From: Octopus vulgaris
Taxonomy: Eukaryota
DNA: 64,000 nucleotides
NCBI GenBank assembly: GCA_951406725.2
Contig: OX597820.1
Span: forward strand, 105,276,001 to 105,340,000
Direction: 5' to 3'
The notes under the pieces are model-generated. The model saw only the letters and a program-made list of their open reading frames with translations, was not told the DNA's origin and did not search any database. Positions 51,940 through 64,000 of this stretch are shown here, piece by piece; the first letter of the stretch is position 1, and each line of letters opens with the position of its first letter. A program made the position numbers and the translations under genes.

Positions 51940-54900
51940 ATTTCTTTATTACCCATAAAGGGCCAACATAGAGGGGGGCAGTACAACATGATTGGGGTCA
52001 TGTGAAAACTATGGTATAAAACATTAAATGACGGTTAAAATTACAATAAAATCGGAAAAACTGGCAAAGCTGGGGAACATCTGCCTTGCGAGCGGGGACC
52101 ACACTCGTTCACCATCCAGGTAGAGCCAAAGGTGCCTCAACCTCAGCGCATGTTTGCGCATCAACAGCCAAGGCATCCCTAACCCACCCTTTAACGGCTT
52201 CTGACAGCAAGTAGAACGTTTTACAAGAGGAGGGGCACCCTTCCACAGAAAGCGAAAGATTTGCCTCTCCATCTTGCTCAACCACGAATCCGGACAAGGA
52301 ACGACGGTTAGGCGGTAATTGATGACCGATGCTATAAACACATTGGCCACCTCCGCCCTCCCTTTCAAGGATAGCCACTGCCAAGACCAAGTCTCGACCG
52401 CGTAAGCCACTTTGCTCGCCACCTCAGACCAGTTCTTTTCTATCTGGAGATCTGGACCGAACCAGATCCCTAGCAATTTAACCGGGACCTCCGTCCAGCA
52501 TCCCACGATGCTATTCGAAGGCATCGATTTGCCCCTCCAGGTGCCGAGTTGCAAGGCGACTGACTTTTCCCGATTAATTTTTGCTCCTGTCACTGTCTCG
52601 TAAGCCTTGATGGTATCTCCCACATTCTGTAGGAGTTCCACCTTGGTCACGATGATGGTGATGTCATCCGCATACGCTGTAACAGATCCTCCACCTCCTG
52701 GATTCGTCGGGATGGCGCTCAGCTTTCGCAGTAATGGCTCGAGAGCCATCACATATAAAAGCGGAGAGAGCGGACACCCTTGACGAACTGACCGTTTGAT
52801 GCGGAACGGCTTCGAAAGGAAGCCATTCACTCGAACGATCGAGTCGATGTTGTCGTACAACTGTATAATCCACCTGAGAAAACCAATGCCTAGACCGAAC
52901 TGTGCAAGCACAGACACCAGGTACCGATGGTTCACCCTATCGAAAGCTTTACTCTGGTCTAAATGAACCAGTGCCCCACTTTTGCCAGAATTGTTCCCGA
53001 ACCCTTCTACGGTGTAACGTATAAGGTGAAGATTATCCTGAATGGTCCTTCCGGGGACCGCACAAGTTTGTGCTTCCATGATTAGGCCATTCGCGACACG
53101 CGTCAACCTTTTCGCTAACACCTTGGTCAAAATCTTCACCTCTGCATTCAGCAGGGTGATGGGCCTGAAGTTATCTATTCTATCCCCCTTGTTCGAGTCC
53201 TTCCTGATCAGCGTCACCACTCCCCGGCGCACAGATCTGGGAATGAATCCATTCTGCCGTCAGTTCGCGAAAACGCCGGCCAGTACGTACCCGAACAAGT
53301 CTGGCATACTTTTATATAGTTCGTAGGGTAAACCATCAATTCCCGGCGCCTTACCTCCGCTACAGTCAGTCATGGCTTCAGCTACCTCCTCAGGCGAGAT
53401 TGATCCTTCACAGCTCTCTGCGTCCTGCCCCGAGAAGCGCGGCAGCCCGGCGAGGATGTCCGTAAGGTCCGTCCTCTCACCCGGCCCGCCGTCGCTCCCG
53501 AAAAGCCGGGCGAAGTGCTCCTGAAACGTCCGACACATCTCCTCTGGTTCGGTTACCACATCGCCTTGCTCGTTCGTCACAGACTTGATTGTGGAATCGT
53601 TTCCACGTTGAGCTTCCACAACTCGTGCCCATCCGGCAGCCTTAATACCCTCGCTCTCCATTGCGCGGAGTCTAGCTCTGACGATACAACCCATGTGTTT
53701 GACTTCAAGGTGCTGGTTTAATTCCAGTCTCTTCAGCCTAACCTGGGCTCCATCGCCAGATCTCATGGCTTCCTCTAAGGCCTTAACTAGCCCCTTTTCT
53801 TTTCTACGCCCACTAGCTACTAGCCCTATGCTATATCTAATGGACTCGTATTTAATGGCTCTCTTGAGGGCGTACCACCATTTGTTGTTAATAATGGAAC
53901 CGGTTAATGCCCTCTGAATTAATAACTTAATCCCGCTTCTGAAATCCTCAATAGCCAAAAGGGACTTATTGAGTTTCCAGTAACCGGATCCCTTACTACA
54001 TAACTTATCTAGGCGCAGTTTACCAGTGACCATCTTGTGATCACTGTAACTGACCGGGTGAAGCTGTGGACACTTAACTATGTCTTTATCTATTTTTCTA
54101 ATGAGAATCCTATCTATATAGGACCTGACAGACCTGTCGCAATTTGACCACGTCCACTGTGGAGCGTTCGGGAATTCAAGTCTGTAGGGATCTACTAGCT
54201 GAAAGCGACATAGTAGATCCCGGAAGCCACTATTTGGTTTCCTATCTTTAGAGCCAACGCTATCGACACGCGCATTGACTATAGCGTTAAAGTCCCCTAG
54301 CATGACTATGGATTTTGACGTGCCAAGAAACTTCTCTAGGTCTCGAAAAAAATCAGTCTGACGTGAATTGGGTGCGTACACCGCCACCAGCCTGATTTCC
54401 TTACCACAACTGAACGTCAGATCTAAGACGATCAGCCTACCTTCTGAGTCAGAAAAAATTAACTTTTTCTCTGAGACTCGATTTCTTTTGAGTATGACCA
54501 ACACCCCACTACCCCCACCCGCCGGCCAGGAGAAATGAATTTCTCGTAGCCATCCAGGAGCGGGAGTAGATCTCTTGACCCTTCCACTCGAGTACAACAA
54601 CATCTAAATTCTGCGACCTGATATCATTTAGGAAACGCCCCTGTTTCCAGTTCGATATCAGGTCGCGCACATTTAAACAACCTACATGAACTGCCATAAT
54701 TCACCTACCTTGTTTCATCTGGGTCCGGAGGACGGGGGAAACCCGTCCCTTCTACTTCTTGGGCCCGTGGAATCGGCAGGTTGGTGTTGTTACTTTTGCA
54801 TCTCGCTTTGCGTCTTCTGCACTCATTCTCGAGGGGCAGACATCTTTCCTGAAATCGTTCACTAATTGGTTGTACGTCTTCTGACCCATTTTGTAACTTC

Positions 54901-56313
54901 TCCATTCGCTTGCCGCTTCTTCTGTCTCTATTTCTTCTATATGATGAGTTTCTATTCTCCTCATAATCTCCCTGTTAGATGATCTCACTGCTACGTACAC
55001 TTGGTTGTCTGTAGCTTTCTCTGGCTTTTTCGCCTTTTTAATTTCTCTTGCTTTTTCACCTCTTGTTTTCTCCGGGGAGGGGTTTTTATGCTTTCTTTTT
55101 TTTTTGGTTTGAGTCCATCCCTCCCCTTCTTCTGGTATAGGTGTTATTCTCAGCAGTACTTCAGGGATAGTAGGCTCTTTAGTCCTTTTTTTTCTTCTTC
55201 TACCGGCTTACAATTTTTCCCCAGGTGCCCCTTTTCCCCGCAAGCGAAGCACATGGGCTGTCGGCCTTCAACCATAACTGGTAAACGGTTGTCACCAACT
55301 TCGATAATCTCACTTATCTCTTCTAGCGCGGCCGGTTCTGCTTGCAGAATTACTTTCACCTTTTGGCCTTGCCAGTATTTCGTCTCTTTTACCGTTGCAT
55401 CTCTAATCTCTAGCCTCTCCTCTAGGCCCAAAGTAATTGCTGCGACTATCTTCTCCGGTTCGATTTCCGGCGGGACATTCGCTATGGTTACTTTGGACAT
55501 CCTTCTGCCCATATAGATGGGCAAAAGCGTCACTGTTTCCGTTCTCAGTGGGTTCATTGAGTGAAGCCTTGCTTCCTCCTCGGATTCGAACCTCACCTCT
55601 ATTGTGCCGTACCTTTTCCCCCTTGCAATGTATTTTACTTTGCTAGAAATAGGCTTGAGGCATGCCTCCACTTCGTTTTGTGCTGTGAATTCGATCCTCT
55701 TTTCTTTGTTTTTATATGTTTTATATATAATTGTTTTTCTTTCTACATTCTCTTTTACTTCTCTTGGTTGTACGATTTTTGTCTCGTATCCCTCTTTTTT
55801 CAAATCCTTTTTTAGTTCCTCTAGGTTTGTGAGTTCGATTTTCTTTTCCTTGGTGCCTGCTGCTTCTGCGAAATTCAGCTGTTTTTTCGCTAGACTAGGC
55901 ACATCTATGTTCCTTTGAACCTGCAGCTTCTTTTTCTCATTTCTGTTTTCGTTCTCTTCCTCAGAGTCTGAAAGCAACTTCAATTTGCCGATTCTTTCCA
56001 ACTCTTCTTCTGTTTTTTCTCATGGGCTAACCGCAATTTGGCTAGCCGTTTTTCCTGGGCTTTGGTTTGCCGTTCTCGCCATAACTCGGTTTGCCGCTTT
56101 TCCTGGGCTTACCACAACTCGGCTTGCCGCTTTTCCTGGGCTTACCACAACTCGGCTTGCCGTTTTCTCCGGTCTCGTCTCAATTAGGTCTGCCGTCCCT
56201 CCCGGGCTGGCCATAATTTGGCCTACCCTCACAATTTTTAACAATATCCAATAAAGGTAATCCAACAAGGGTAATCCAATAATGGCACGGTAGACAATAC
56301 AACTAATACTTCC
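51940..56313 (-). mobile_element. 5'-complete L1/Tx1-clade LINE (ORF1 with CCHC knuckle; ORF2 APE + RT), internally deleted near the 3' end
   Basis: 19-bp TSD aaaggtctagagtcaaaga at 51921-51939 and 56314-56332. ORF1 pieces 56214-54750 include CFACGEKGHLGKNC. ORF2 from 54697 has CLNVR, VYAPN, LGDFNA, YIDRIL, SDH, FRPITLLN, QGCPLSP and YADD. Frameshifts, plus a stop at 53260. Confidence 0.97.
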
Positions 56314-59300
56314 AAAGGTCTAGAGTCAAAGACCCTGTATACTGAAAACAAACCCTTTATATAGAGGAGAAATGGCTCGAACAGAGCCTAGGAAAAACAG
56401 TGTCACGAGACCTTAACCAAAGGCCGTGATTGGTTGGCTTTGCAGTGGCGCGAAATAAGTAGAGACAAATCGCGTCACATGCCAACCAATCAGATCAGTG
56501 GACACAACAGGAACAACCCAGCCAAAGATGGCTGTAATCTCAAACGAGATCCTTCCTGTTGTGTCTCTCAAACAGTGAGGATATCAGATACCGCTACAAG
56601 CTTAATAAAATTCTCAGTTCCATACAGCCATCTAAAAATTCTTTGAGGTGGTGTCCCAGCATGGCCGGCTGCAGTCTAATAACTACAAGTAAAAGAAAAA
56701 ATTCTGGGATCAATACGTTCAACTAATAATTCTTCAAGGTAGTACCACAGCATGACCACAATCTAATGACTGAACAAGTAAAAGGTGAAAAAATAACAGA
56801 AAAATATAACTGTGGATCCACTTTCACACTTTAACTATGGGGATTTTGTCCTAGAAATGTGTGGGTTTTGTCCGGACCCCACCCATTAACATATACACAA
56901 ACGTAAGACATCGGCGTATTCCGCCTAAGTATAAATGCATATTCATGTCGCGAGACAGAGAAAAAAATGTTCAGCAGAAGCCCGTAAACACGAACAAATT
57001 CTGCCCTCATACTCCCTTCTTAGCAAATGTACCCACTTCTCAGCACACAAACACAGAGCCAATGAGGAGAACCTCTATATCAAAGGCGGGTGGGGAGCAA
57101 CGTTTTCAGTACTGGGGTCGAATTACAAAATCGTAACCTGTAGGGTATATCTTTGTTGAGAAAAATAAATGAATCTTTAATTTTAATGCATAAAAAATGC
57201 AATTTATATAAAATTATTAAATAATATAATAATAATGAAATTATTGTATACAGTGCTCAGGTGCACCACAACTTGTCAGAAAGTGCACATAAAGTACATG
57301 CAGTAATGTAAAAATGTCTGGAAAGCGAACAATGTATGAGACAGATATTGTTTTGGACACTTGGGTTTTTTTACTATATAGGTTTTTTTTTAAAATTCCT
57401 TATTTGGTGGTTTTAAATTTGAGTGCAGGCGAGAGGTTTCCTACATTTGCAACACGTGGTCGTCTGACCTGTTAATAATTAACCACCGAATCTCCCTCAA
57501 ATTACACCTACTCTCTTGAAGAAAAAAATGAGATAAGATATATCAGAATAATGTAGAGAAGAGTACAAGTAAATATATAGAATAATTATAGTTGCAAGGT
57601 CTCTAACTATAAAGGAAGCTCGATAAGATCTGATTTAGAGCTAAACAACTATACTATATACAAAAGCAGATACAAATATAAGTACACATCCTCAAATATT
57701 TGCACATAATCACATTCGGCTACATACATACACCTAAGGACATATACAGACACTCGCAAATACAGTGAACTACGAAAACATGCAAAAGCACAAACATCAA
57801 AGCACGCGCACAATACACCATACACATCCTCTCTCTTTCTCACACACACGCCTGTCAGCAACAAAGACAAGCTTATTCAGTCTTTCACCAAACTTACTAC
57901 TCATATAAATCTTATCTTATGAAGATGTAAACAAGACTTCTAGGGTTACGATAGTGTTTTTCGATTTATTTCGTATTGTTCAAGGTTGAGCTGGTTAATA
58001 GTATATTGATGCATACCTAGAATTGTTGAGTCAACTCAAGTCTTAGGCGTAGTGCAATGGTCAGATGTAAACAACATGTTTTCAATAAATTACTAATATA
58101 TGGTTCTGTTTGACTATCAATGGTATATAGATTGGATCTTTTCCTTGTAGTGTATGAAGCAATCCATAGGACGAGAGTGTAGTCGCAGTGAGTAGTGTTT
58201 ACTGCAATTTTCACTTTGAGAAAAAAATATATTTCACAAATGTTCACTACCTTACGAAAACCATATCTGTTTAGCAAATGGTCCTCTCTAAATGCTTTAA
58301 AAACATTATAACATATTCAGAACACTATTTCAGAAAATTATCTCTGTTCTCTTTGATCATGTAAAAGATAAATTTGGTTGGAGTAAAATGAGTAAGACAA
58401 GATAAGGTAAATTTTCCTTTTCAGTTCTCCAGAATTGCATTTGAAAAAAGATTCATACACATCAATATCCATCCTTAGACATAAGAAAGATCAGAAATGA
58501 AAAAAAAAAAAAAAAAAAAAAAAATTTAATATCTTAGATTAAAAGAGGATCATAATTTCATGATATGAATTTAACAAAACTCGACTAAATCTAAAAACTC
58601 AACATATAATATTCTCAACAGCTTATTCACGATCTGCTCGAGTGGCTCTCTTCATGATATATTTGCGCACCATGCAGTTACAGAGGAGAATTTAGAATTA
58701 GTCATTACTTATTTTGCCCCGGTTTAGACATCGTTTTTGAAAATGGAAAATTATTAAAATTAGACATTAGTGTGGGAAAAAATTGACCTGGAATCTAATA
58801 GAGAAAAGAATATTGATTGTTAAACACCAAAAATTATCCAGATATTTTATTAGCAACCAAGTTAAAATTGAAAAATTTCTCGAAAAAAAAATACCTGTCA
58901 CCTGACTGTGTTTCAAACTCTCAACTTCAACAACTCTGCTGACCAATTTTTACTCCTAAAGATGATGCAACAGTACAAAATAATGATGTAATACCTGCAA
59001 TATAATGGTTTTGAACGACTAAAGAGAAAATACCAAAAAAAACAGAAATTACTCATTTTGCCCCAGTTACCAATTCCTTCCCTCTTCTCTAATAAGATTG
59101 GCAAAAATAAACAAGTTTTCACAAAAAAAAAAAAAAAACATACACATGTCTATGGAGTTTTATCTAATTTAATAATCTTTTCTGGTATTGGCACAAGGCT
59201 TTGAGTTTTGGGGGAAGTGGATAGTCAATTACATTAACCCAGTGCTTGACTGGTGCTTAATTTATTGATGAAATGATGAAAGGCAAAATCGACCTCAGCA

Positions 59301-59739
59301 GCATTTGAACTCAAGACATAATGATGGATGAAATGCTATGTTAGATATGTGTGGGCAATGGGAGAGATAGGGAGTGAATGAGATGTATAGCAGAGAGGAG
59401 AGAGCGTGACTGGCTAATGAGGAATAGAGGTGGTTCTAAGGATCGAGTCAAGCAGAGGGTGGAGATCATGGCTGGAAAAAGATAGAGGGATGAAAGTAGC
59501 TCTGGAGAAGAGGAGGAAAAGGGAAGGTAATAAAAGTGTGTGTGCATAGTGCCTATTCTGCTCTTGAGTGATAAAGCTGAACACTATCAGAGATAAAGAA
59601 GGGATAAGTGTTGGGAATGAGATATGGGGTAAGCTTCACAGGGCAGAGAGGATGGAGGTAGTAGGGCAGAGCTTCACATGTACAAGCATTTACCAAGCTG
59701 GTTTGAGGGTATCAATTCTGTTGTGGTGAGTGGGTTTTC

Positions 59740-60270
59740 TCAAGCACAGCAAGGCACCTGATATCTTGATCCTTTGTCATCTCTTCCAATAAAGCTCAGC
59801 ATCATTAGATCAACCTTCAATACTTTGTCTCATGTCTTCCTGAGTCTCTCTCTCTCTCTTTCATTAGTTTCATTCCTGTTATGCCTAACTTTTCTCTCAA
59901 TGCACTCTGCCATACATGCACACTGATATTGCACATCCAGCGGAGCATACTAGCTTCATTTCTCTCTAGTCTTCGCATGTCCTCTGCATTTAGAGGCATG
60001 TCTCACTACCATGTAGCATTACAATTCATGCACAAGCATTATACAATTTTCCTTTCACTCTGAGAGAGAAATCTTTGGAAAAGCACTGAATTTTTTCCAT
60101 CCTATTCTTATTCTAGTAATTACACATTTGGAACATCCTCCCTCACTGCTAATTAGATCATCTATATAACAGAAATTATCTACAATCTCTAGAGAGTCTT
60201 CAGATCATGTAAGAAAATCAATTTCCCCATCTATCTGTAGACTTAATGACTCCTGTGCATCTTCTACACA
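59740..60270 (-). mobile_element. Old RTE LINE fragment
   Basis: AEDMRRLERNEASMLRWMCNISVHV..ALREKLGI. Confidence 0.85.
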
Positions 60271-63200
60271 CACACACACACTATTGCAAAAGATAAGTCA
60301 CAGCTGGAATCATAAGTCTGCTCAATCACAATTGATCATAGGCTGTAATGTTGATGTGTGAACAAAACATTCTGCTGACTGGAAAGTTAGATCAATTATG
60401 GGGTACATTCTGGGTGCTGATTCCAAACATACCATTAGTTTTTCTTCATCAGTTATATGTTTGAAGATACAGCATAATCCTTTATATACTGAAATTAGGA
60501 ATCCCACTTATATCTTGCATTTTGGTGCCTTAGTAGTTAGGTCGATTCTTTGTGGGTGTATTGGGTGTGCTGATTCCAAATATACCATCAGTAAGACTTA
60601 CTGATATAGGTGCAGACATGGCTATGTTGTCAACAAGTTAGCTTCCCAACCATGATTTCAGGTTCAATCCCACTGCATAGATTGATTTTGCCTTTCTCTT
60701 TTGGGGTTGATAAATAAGTGCCAGTTGTATACTGGGATCAGATTAATCAATTAGTCCCATCCCCTCAAAATTTCAGGCCTTGTGCCTATAGTAGAAAGGA
60801 TTATATATGTGTATGTGGGGGGGGGAGGTTGTGTCTCCTTGTCTTGACATCACATGATAGTCGTAAAAGAGAATCACCAAGTGGAGTCCTCATTTCTAAT
60901 GTTTTGTGAAAACATGTCTTGCAATGGAGAAATATTACATTACATCTAAACAGGTAAGAATTAGCAACAGGAAAGACATCAGGCTATAGAAAATCTACTT
61001 CAATGAATTCCATCTGACCCATGCACAGCAAAATGGACATTAAAATGATGACAACAATTTAATACAAAAATAACAATATATGCCCTTTGAACATGATTGG
61101 CTGGTTTTAGGACTACTTAATGCGCTGCAACTGAAACTCAAGTGGCTACTTTATAAAAATGCTATTGTTTTCACGATTTTCATTCCATTTACCCTTCAGT
61201 ATACAGAAGGTTTATTCAAAGTATTAATGTTATTAATATATCACGAGCTATTAAGACAACTTCACATTACAAAATTAATTTATTTCAGTATAAAAGCTTA
61301 GAGCTTATAATACTGTATAACGAAATTTTTAGTGCTTTTTTTTTTTTGCCTTTGGTCGTAAATGTCATTTCCTATTCACTTCTATCTAAAAATCAAAGGA
61401 ATGACTACTATTCCCTTCAAACTTTGCTTTTGTGACCTGGATATCAATGTTTTGAAACTGGCCTATTTTCCATTACATTTCAGATAGATTCAGTGCTGAG
61501 TTGCTGAAGCATAAAGATTGTTATAGTAAATATTCTGCCCAATACCACAAATTTGCTTATCAGTTACTTGACATTAACCAGTTGAGCATATGTCTTAGTA
61601 GCTGACAATATGTGCATCTCTGATCATGAACAGGAATAGTAGGAGAGCATCATAGTCATGTGTTGAGCGGGATTATTTGGGGTTTGAATAAATGTAACAA
61701 AAGCAAAGTTTGAAGGATATATTAACCACTTTTCATACTTTCTAGGGGTAAGCAAATAGAAAATAACAGCAGCTACCCAAGGACAAAAATCATGTTACTC
61801 AGTGTAATCTATCCACCAGTCCAACACAGGTTAAATTGTTAGATAATCTGATGCCTATTCCTAATAGCTAGGAAAATAGAGATAATGTAGAAGAAAATGT
61901 CCTGCAGAAGATTTGAATTCATAATCCATAAGCAAGCAAGATGAATACTTTACCTACTTGGCACTTTAGTTTATAATTAGCGCTTATTTTCAAGAATTCT
62001 TTCACTTCCCAGAAACCACAGCTGTTACCATTTCTTTTTATATTATTATAGATTCAGCCTTGCATCCCTTCCTTTTTGACCCATCACTAATCCCTTCCCT
62101 CCCCTGTTCCCTGACATACTCACCCAACATCCCCTCTTACTTTTCCCACATCTTTCCACCTAGGATCATTATCCACTATTCTGTTCTCACTCAGCTAAGT
62201 TTGCCACTTTTGTTTACTCATTTTTATACTGTTCATTCCTTTTTGCTGCACCACACAAGGTTCATACACTGTCACATTCATGCATCACAGCATACCTTTC
62301 TCATTTATTTCTCATCCACTCTGTAGCCTTGTAGATGCAACATACCTCTATTAGACCCTTGGTCAGTCACATATTTAATGGAGAAAGTTGTTTGTACTTT
62401 ACAATGCACCAACATGCCTCACTTTCACTCCTGCACATTTCAAAGCATTTAATACTTCAATCACTGGCATATTCAACACTGTATTCAGAATTACTGCACT
62501 AACACTGCCTCAGCCATGAGCCCATTTGCATACATACACCATGGTATTATACCTCAACTGCTTTGTTTTCAACACGTCTGTGCTAGCTCGACTCTTTTCC
62601 CGACTAGATGCATGTCGGATGTTCACATGCTCTGAGCTCATTTTAGACATAATGTCCCTCTGTTAGACCCCTGTTTGGTCATGTAATAAATAAAGTTACT
62701 TGTCTCACACATCACTCCAGTATAGCTGCACTGTCTTTCTTGCTAACCTCAGCAATTACCCATGACAACAGCGCCAGACATGTTGCTTCTAAAAAACCTT
62801 CAAGGTACTTCATACACTGCAATCCTGCAGGAAGATCTGCAATATCACCTGAGCTTGCTTTATAGTAAATTTTGATAAGTGCACCTGCACTCATGTATAT
62901 GCCCTCACACACATGTAAACACTAACTCATTCCCACACTGCCCAGGTACTGACTGCATATTTTTGCACGCAAAGCCACACCTCTATTTGGACCTATCCAA
63001 GTAGAAAATTGTCCTGTATACACTCCAATGATCCTCTCTCCCGTTATGTGAAAATTTTCCTCGGTCATGTATTTCTTTCTCTTCCTAGATCGTAAGATTT
63101 TTTTTTCTTACAAATTCTCGAGGTGGGGGGTAATGTAGTGACTTCATTTAGGCACAGAGTAGATTCGAACCTGAATCGGTAAATTTTCCATAATATTTAA

Positions 63201-63621
63201 ACAGTGTTTTTCTCACAGAAAAGCAATGGTTCCATTTAATATATGGCTTTGCCAGGCTGATTTATATCTTTGCCACTTGACCCTTCTAACTTCATGTATG
63301 CAGTGGAGAATTGAATTGAGATAACAGTCACCCACCTCCCACCAAAGTATATCCATTGTCTTTGCAGTACATCTATTTTTCTGACTAGCTTTATATTGTT
63401 AGGGCATAATTAAATCTCAGAATGAGATTGAAACAGTAATCGCTCGATAATGTAAAGTATAGAAGCCATCTTATCATGGCTAACCACATTGGGGAGGGGG
63501 TGTTACTGTAGCTTTATAGCCCCAAGAGATCTTCGTCTCTAGCTGGCTTTAGACACAATATCTGTGTCCTTGGAGTATTTGTAAAGGGAGGCCATCCCTT
63601 CCTCGCAAGCCTGAGTGATAC

Positions 63622-63662
63622 GCTCGAACTAGTTTCGGGATTGTTGTCCCTCGTCAACGGGT
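63622..63662 (-). ncRNA. Minimal type I hammerhead ribozyme motif (inverted copy)
   Basis: Reverse complement reads acccg-TTGACGA-gggacaacaatccc-GAAA-ctag-TT-cgagc. Confidence 0.7.
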
Positions 63663-63932
63663 GGTAACCACCAGGTAGCGATGAAAGTGAAGGCTCCTTT
63701 GCAAATATATATAAGTTTTTCTAATGGCGTCTGCCACTGATGTCGAAAACAAACAGTAAGCATAATTAAATCTCAGAATGAGATTGAAACAGTAATCGCT
63801 CGATAATGTAAAGTATAGAAGCCATCTTATCATGGCTAACCACATTGGTGAGGGGGTGTTACTGACGCCATTAGAAAAACTTATGTATATTTGCAAAGGA
63901 GCCTTCACTTTCATTGCTACCTGGTGGTTACC

Positions 63933-63973
63933 GCCCGTTGACGAGGGACAACAATCCCGAAACTAGTTCGAGC
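63933..63973 (+). ncRNA. Minimal type I hammerhead ribozyme motif
   Basis: gcccg-TTGACGA-ggga(caacaa)tccc-GAAA-ctag-TT|-cgagc. C3U core variant, palindromic ACTAGT stem III, and stem I extendable (gtggt/atcac, cctg/cagg). Confidence 0.72.
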
Positions 63974-64000
63974 ATATCACTCAGGCTTGCGAGGAAGGGA

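Larger units (their letters stand above)
50777..56598 (-). mobile_element. Solo LTR (~1.0 kb after removing two nested insertions), Gypsy-like 4-bp TSD
   Basis: AGCT|TGTAGGATTATGA ... TCAGATACCGCTACA|AGCT, giving TG..CA inverted termini. Minus-strand TATATAAA at 56363-56356, CCAAT boxes at ~56430 and ~56486, and AATAAA at ~50939. Confidence 0.78.
63404..64000. mobile_element. Hammerhead-bearing element: 356-bp period direct repeat followed by an inverted copy (Penelope pLTR/retrozyme-like); runs off the window
   Basis: Direct repeats 63404-63508 and 63760-63864. 63864-64000 is the reverse complement of 63595-63731. Confidence 0.82.

Noticed and set aside
55001-55918. Plus-strand Phe/Ser/Leu-rich ORFs
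   Set aside because: Antisense shadows of the A-rich LINE ORF1.
62712-62912. 66-aa minus-strand ORF with protein-like composition
   Set aside because: No recognisable family or convincing splice sites; cannot be supported without a database search.

Overview
AT-rich, repeat-dense eukaryotic (animal) genomic DNA. The SINE families, (TA)n/(CA)n/(GA)n microsatellites and RTE LINE tails resemble those of coleoid cephalopods (Octopus); this is an inference. The only host coding exon I can support is coding exon 1 of a 4E-BP (EIF4EBP/Thor) gene on the minus strand (26468-26612). Everything to its left is probably its long first intron. The rest is mobile DNA: RTE LINE remnants, two L1/Tx1-clade LINE copies with TSDs, a full-length and a decayed mariner, MITEs, a duplicated Merlin/IS1595-type transposase remnant, a solo LTR carrying two nested insertions, an R2/Hero-type RT remnant, and tRNA-Gly and 5S pseudogenes. 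The most interesting signal is three unrelated non-coding elements, each with a type I hammerhead-ribozyme fold and direct and/or inverted terminal redundancy (33.0-33.8 kb, 35.4-36.0 kb, 63.4-64.0 kb). These look like retrozymes or Penelope pseudo-LTR derivatives. Two of them sit in the microsatellite core of one SINE family, and for one an adjacent inverted duplication preserves the empty site. Two long near-perfect palindromes in (TA)n tracts may come from the same process. All coordinates and alignments were read by eye.
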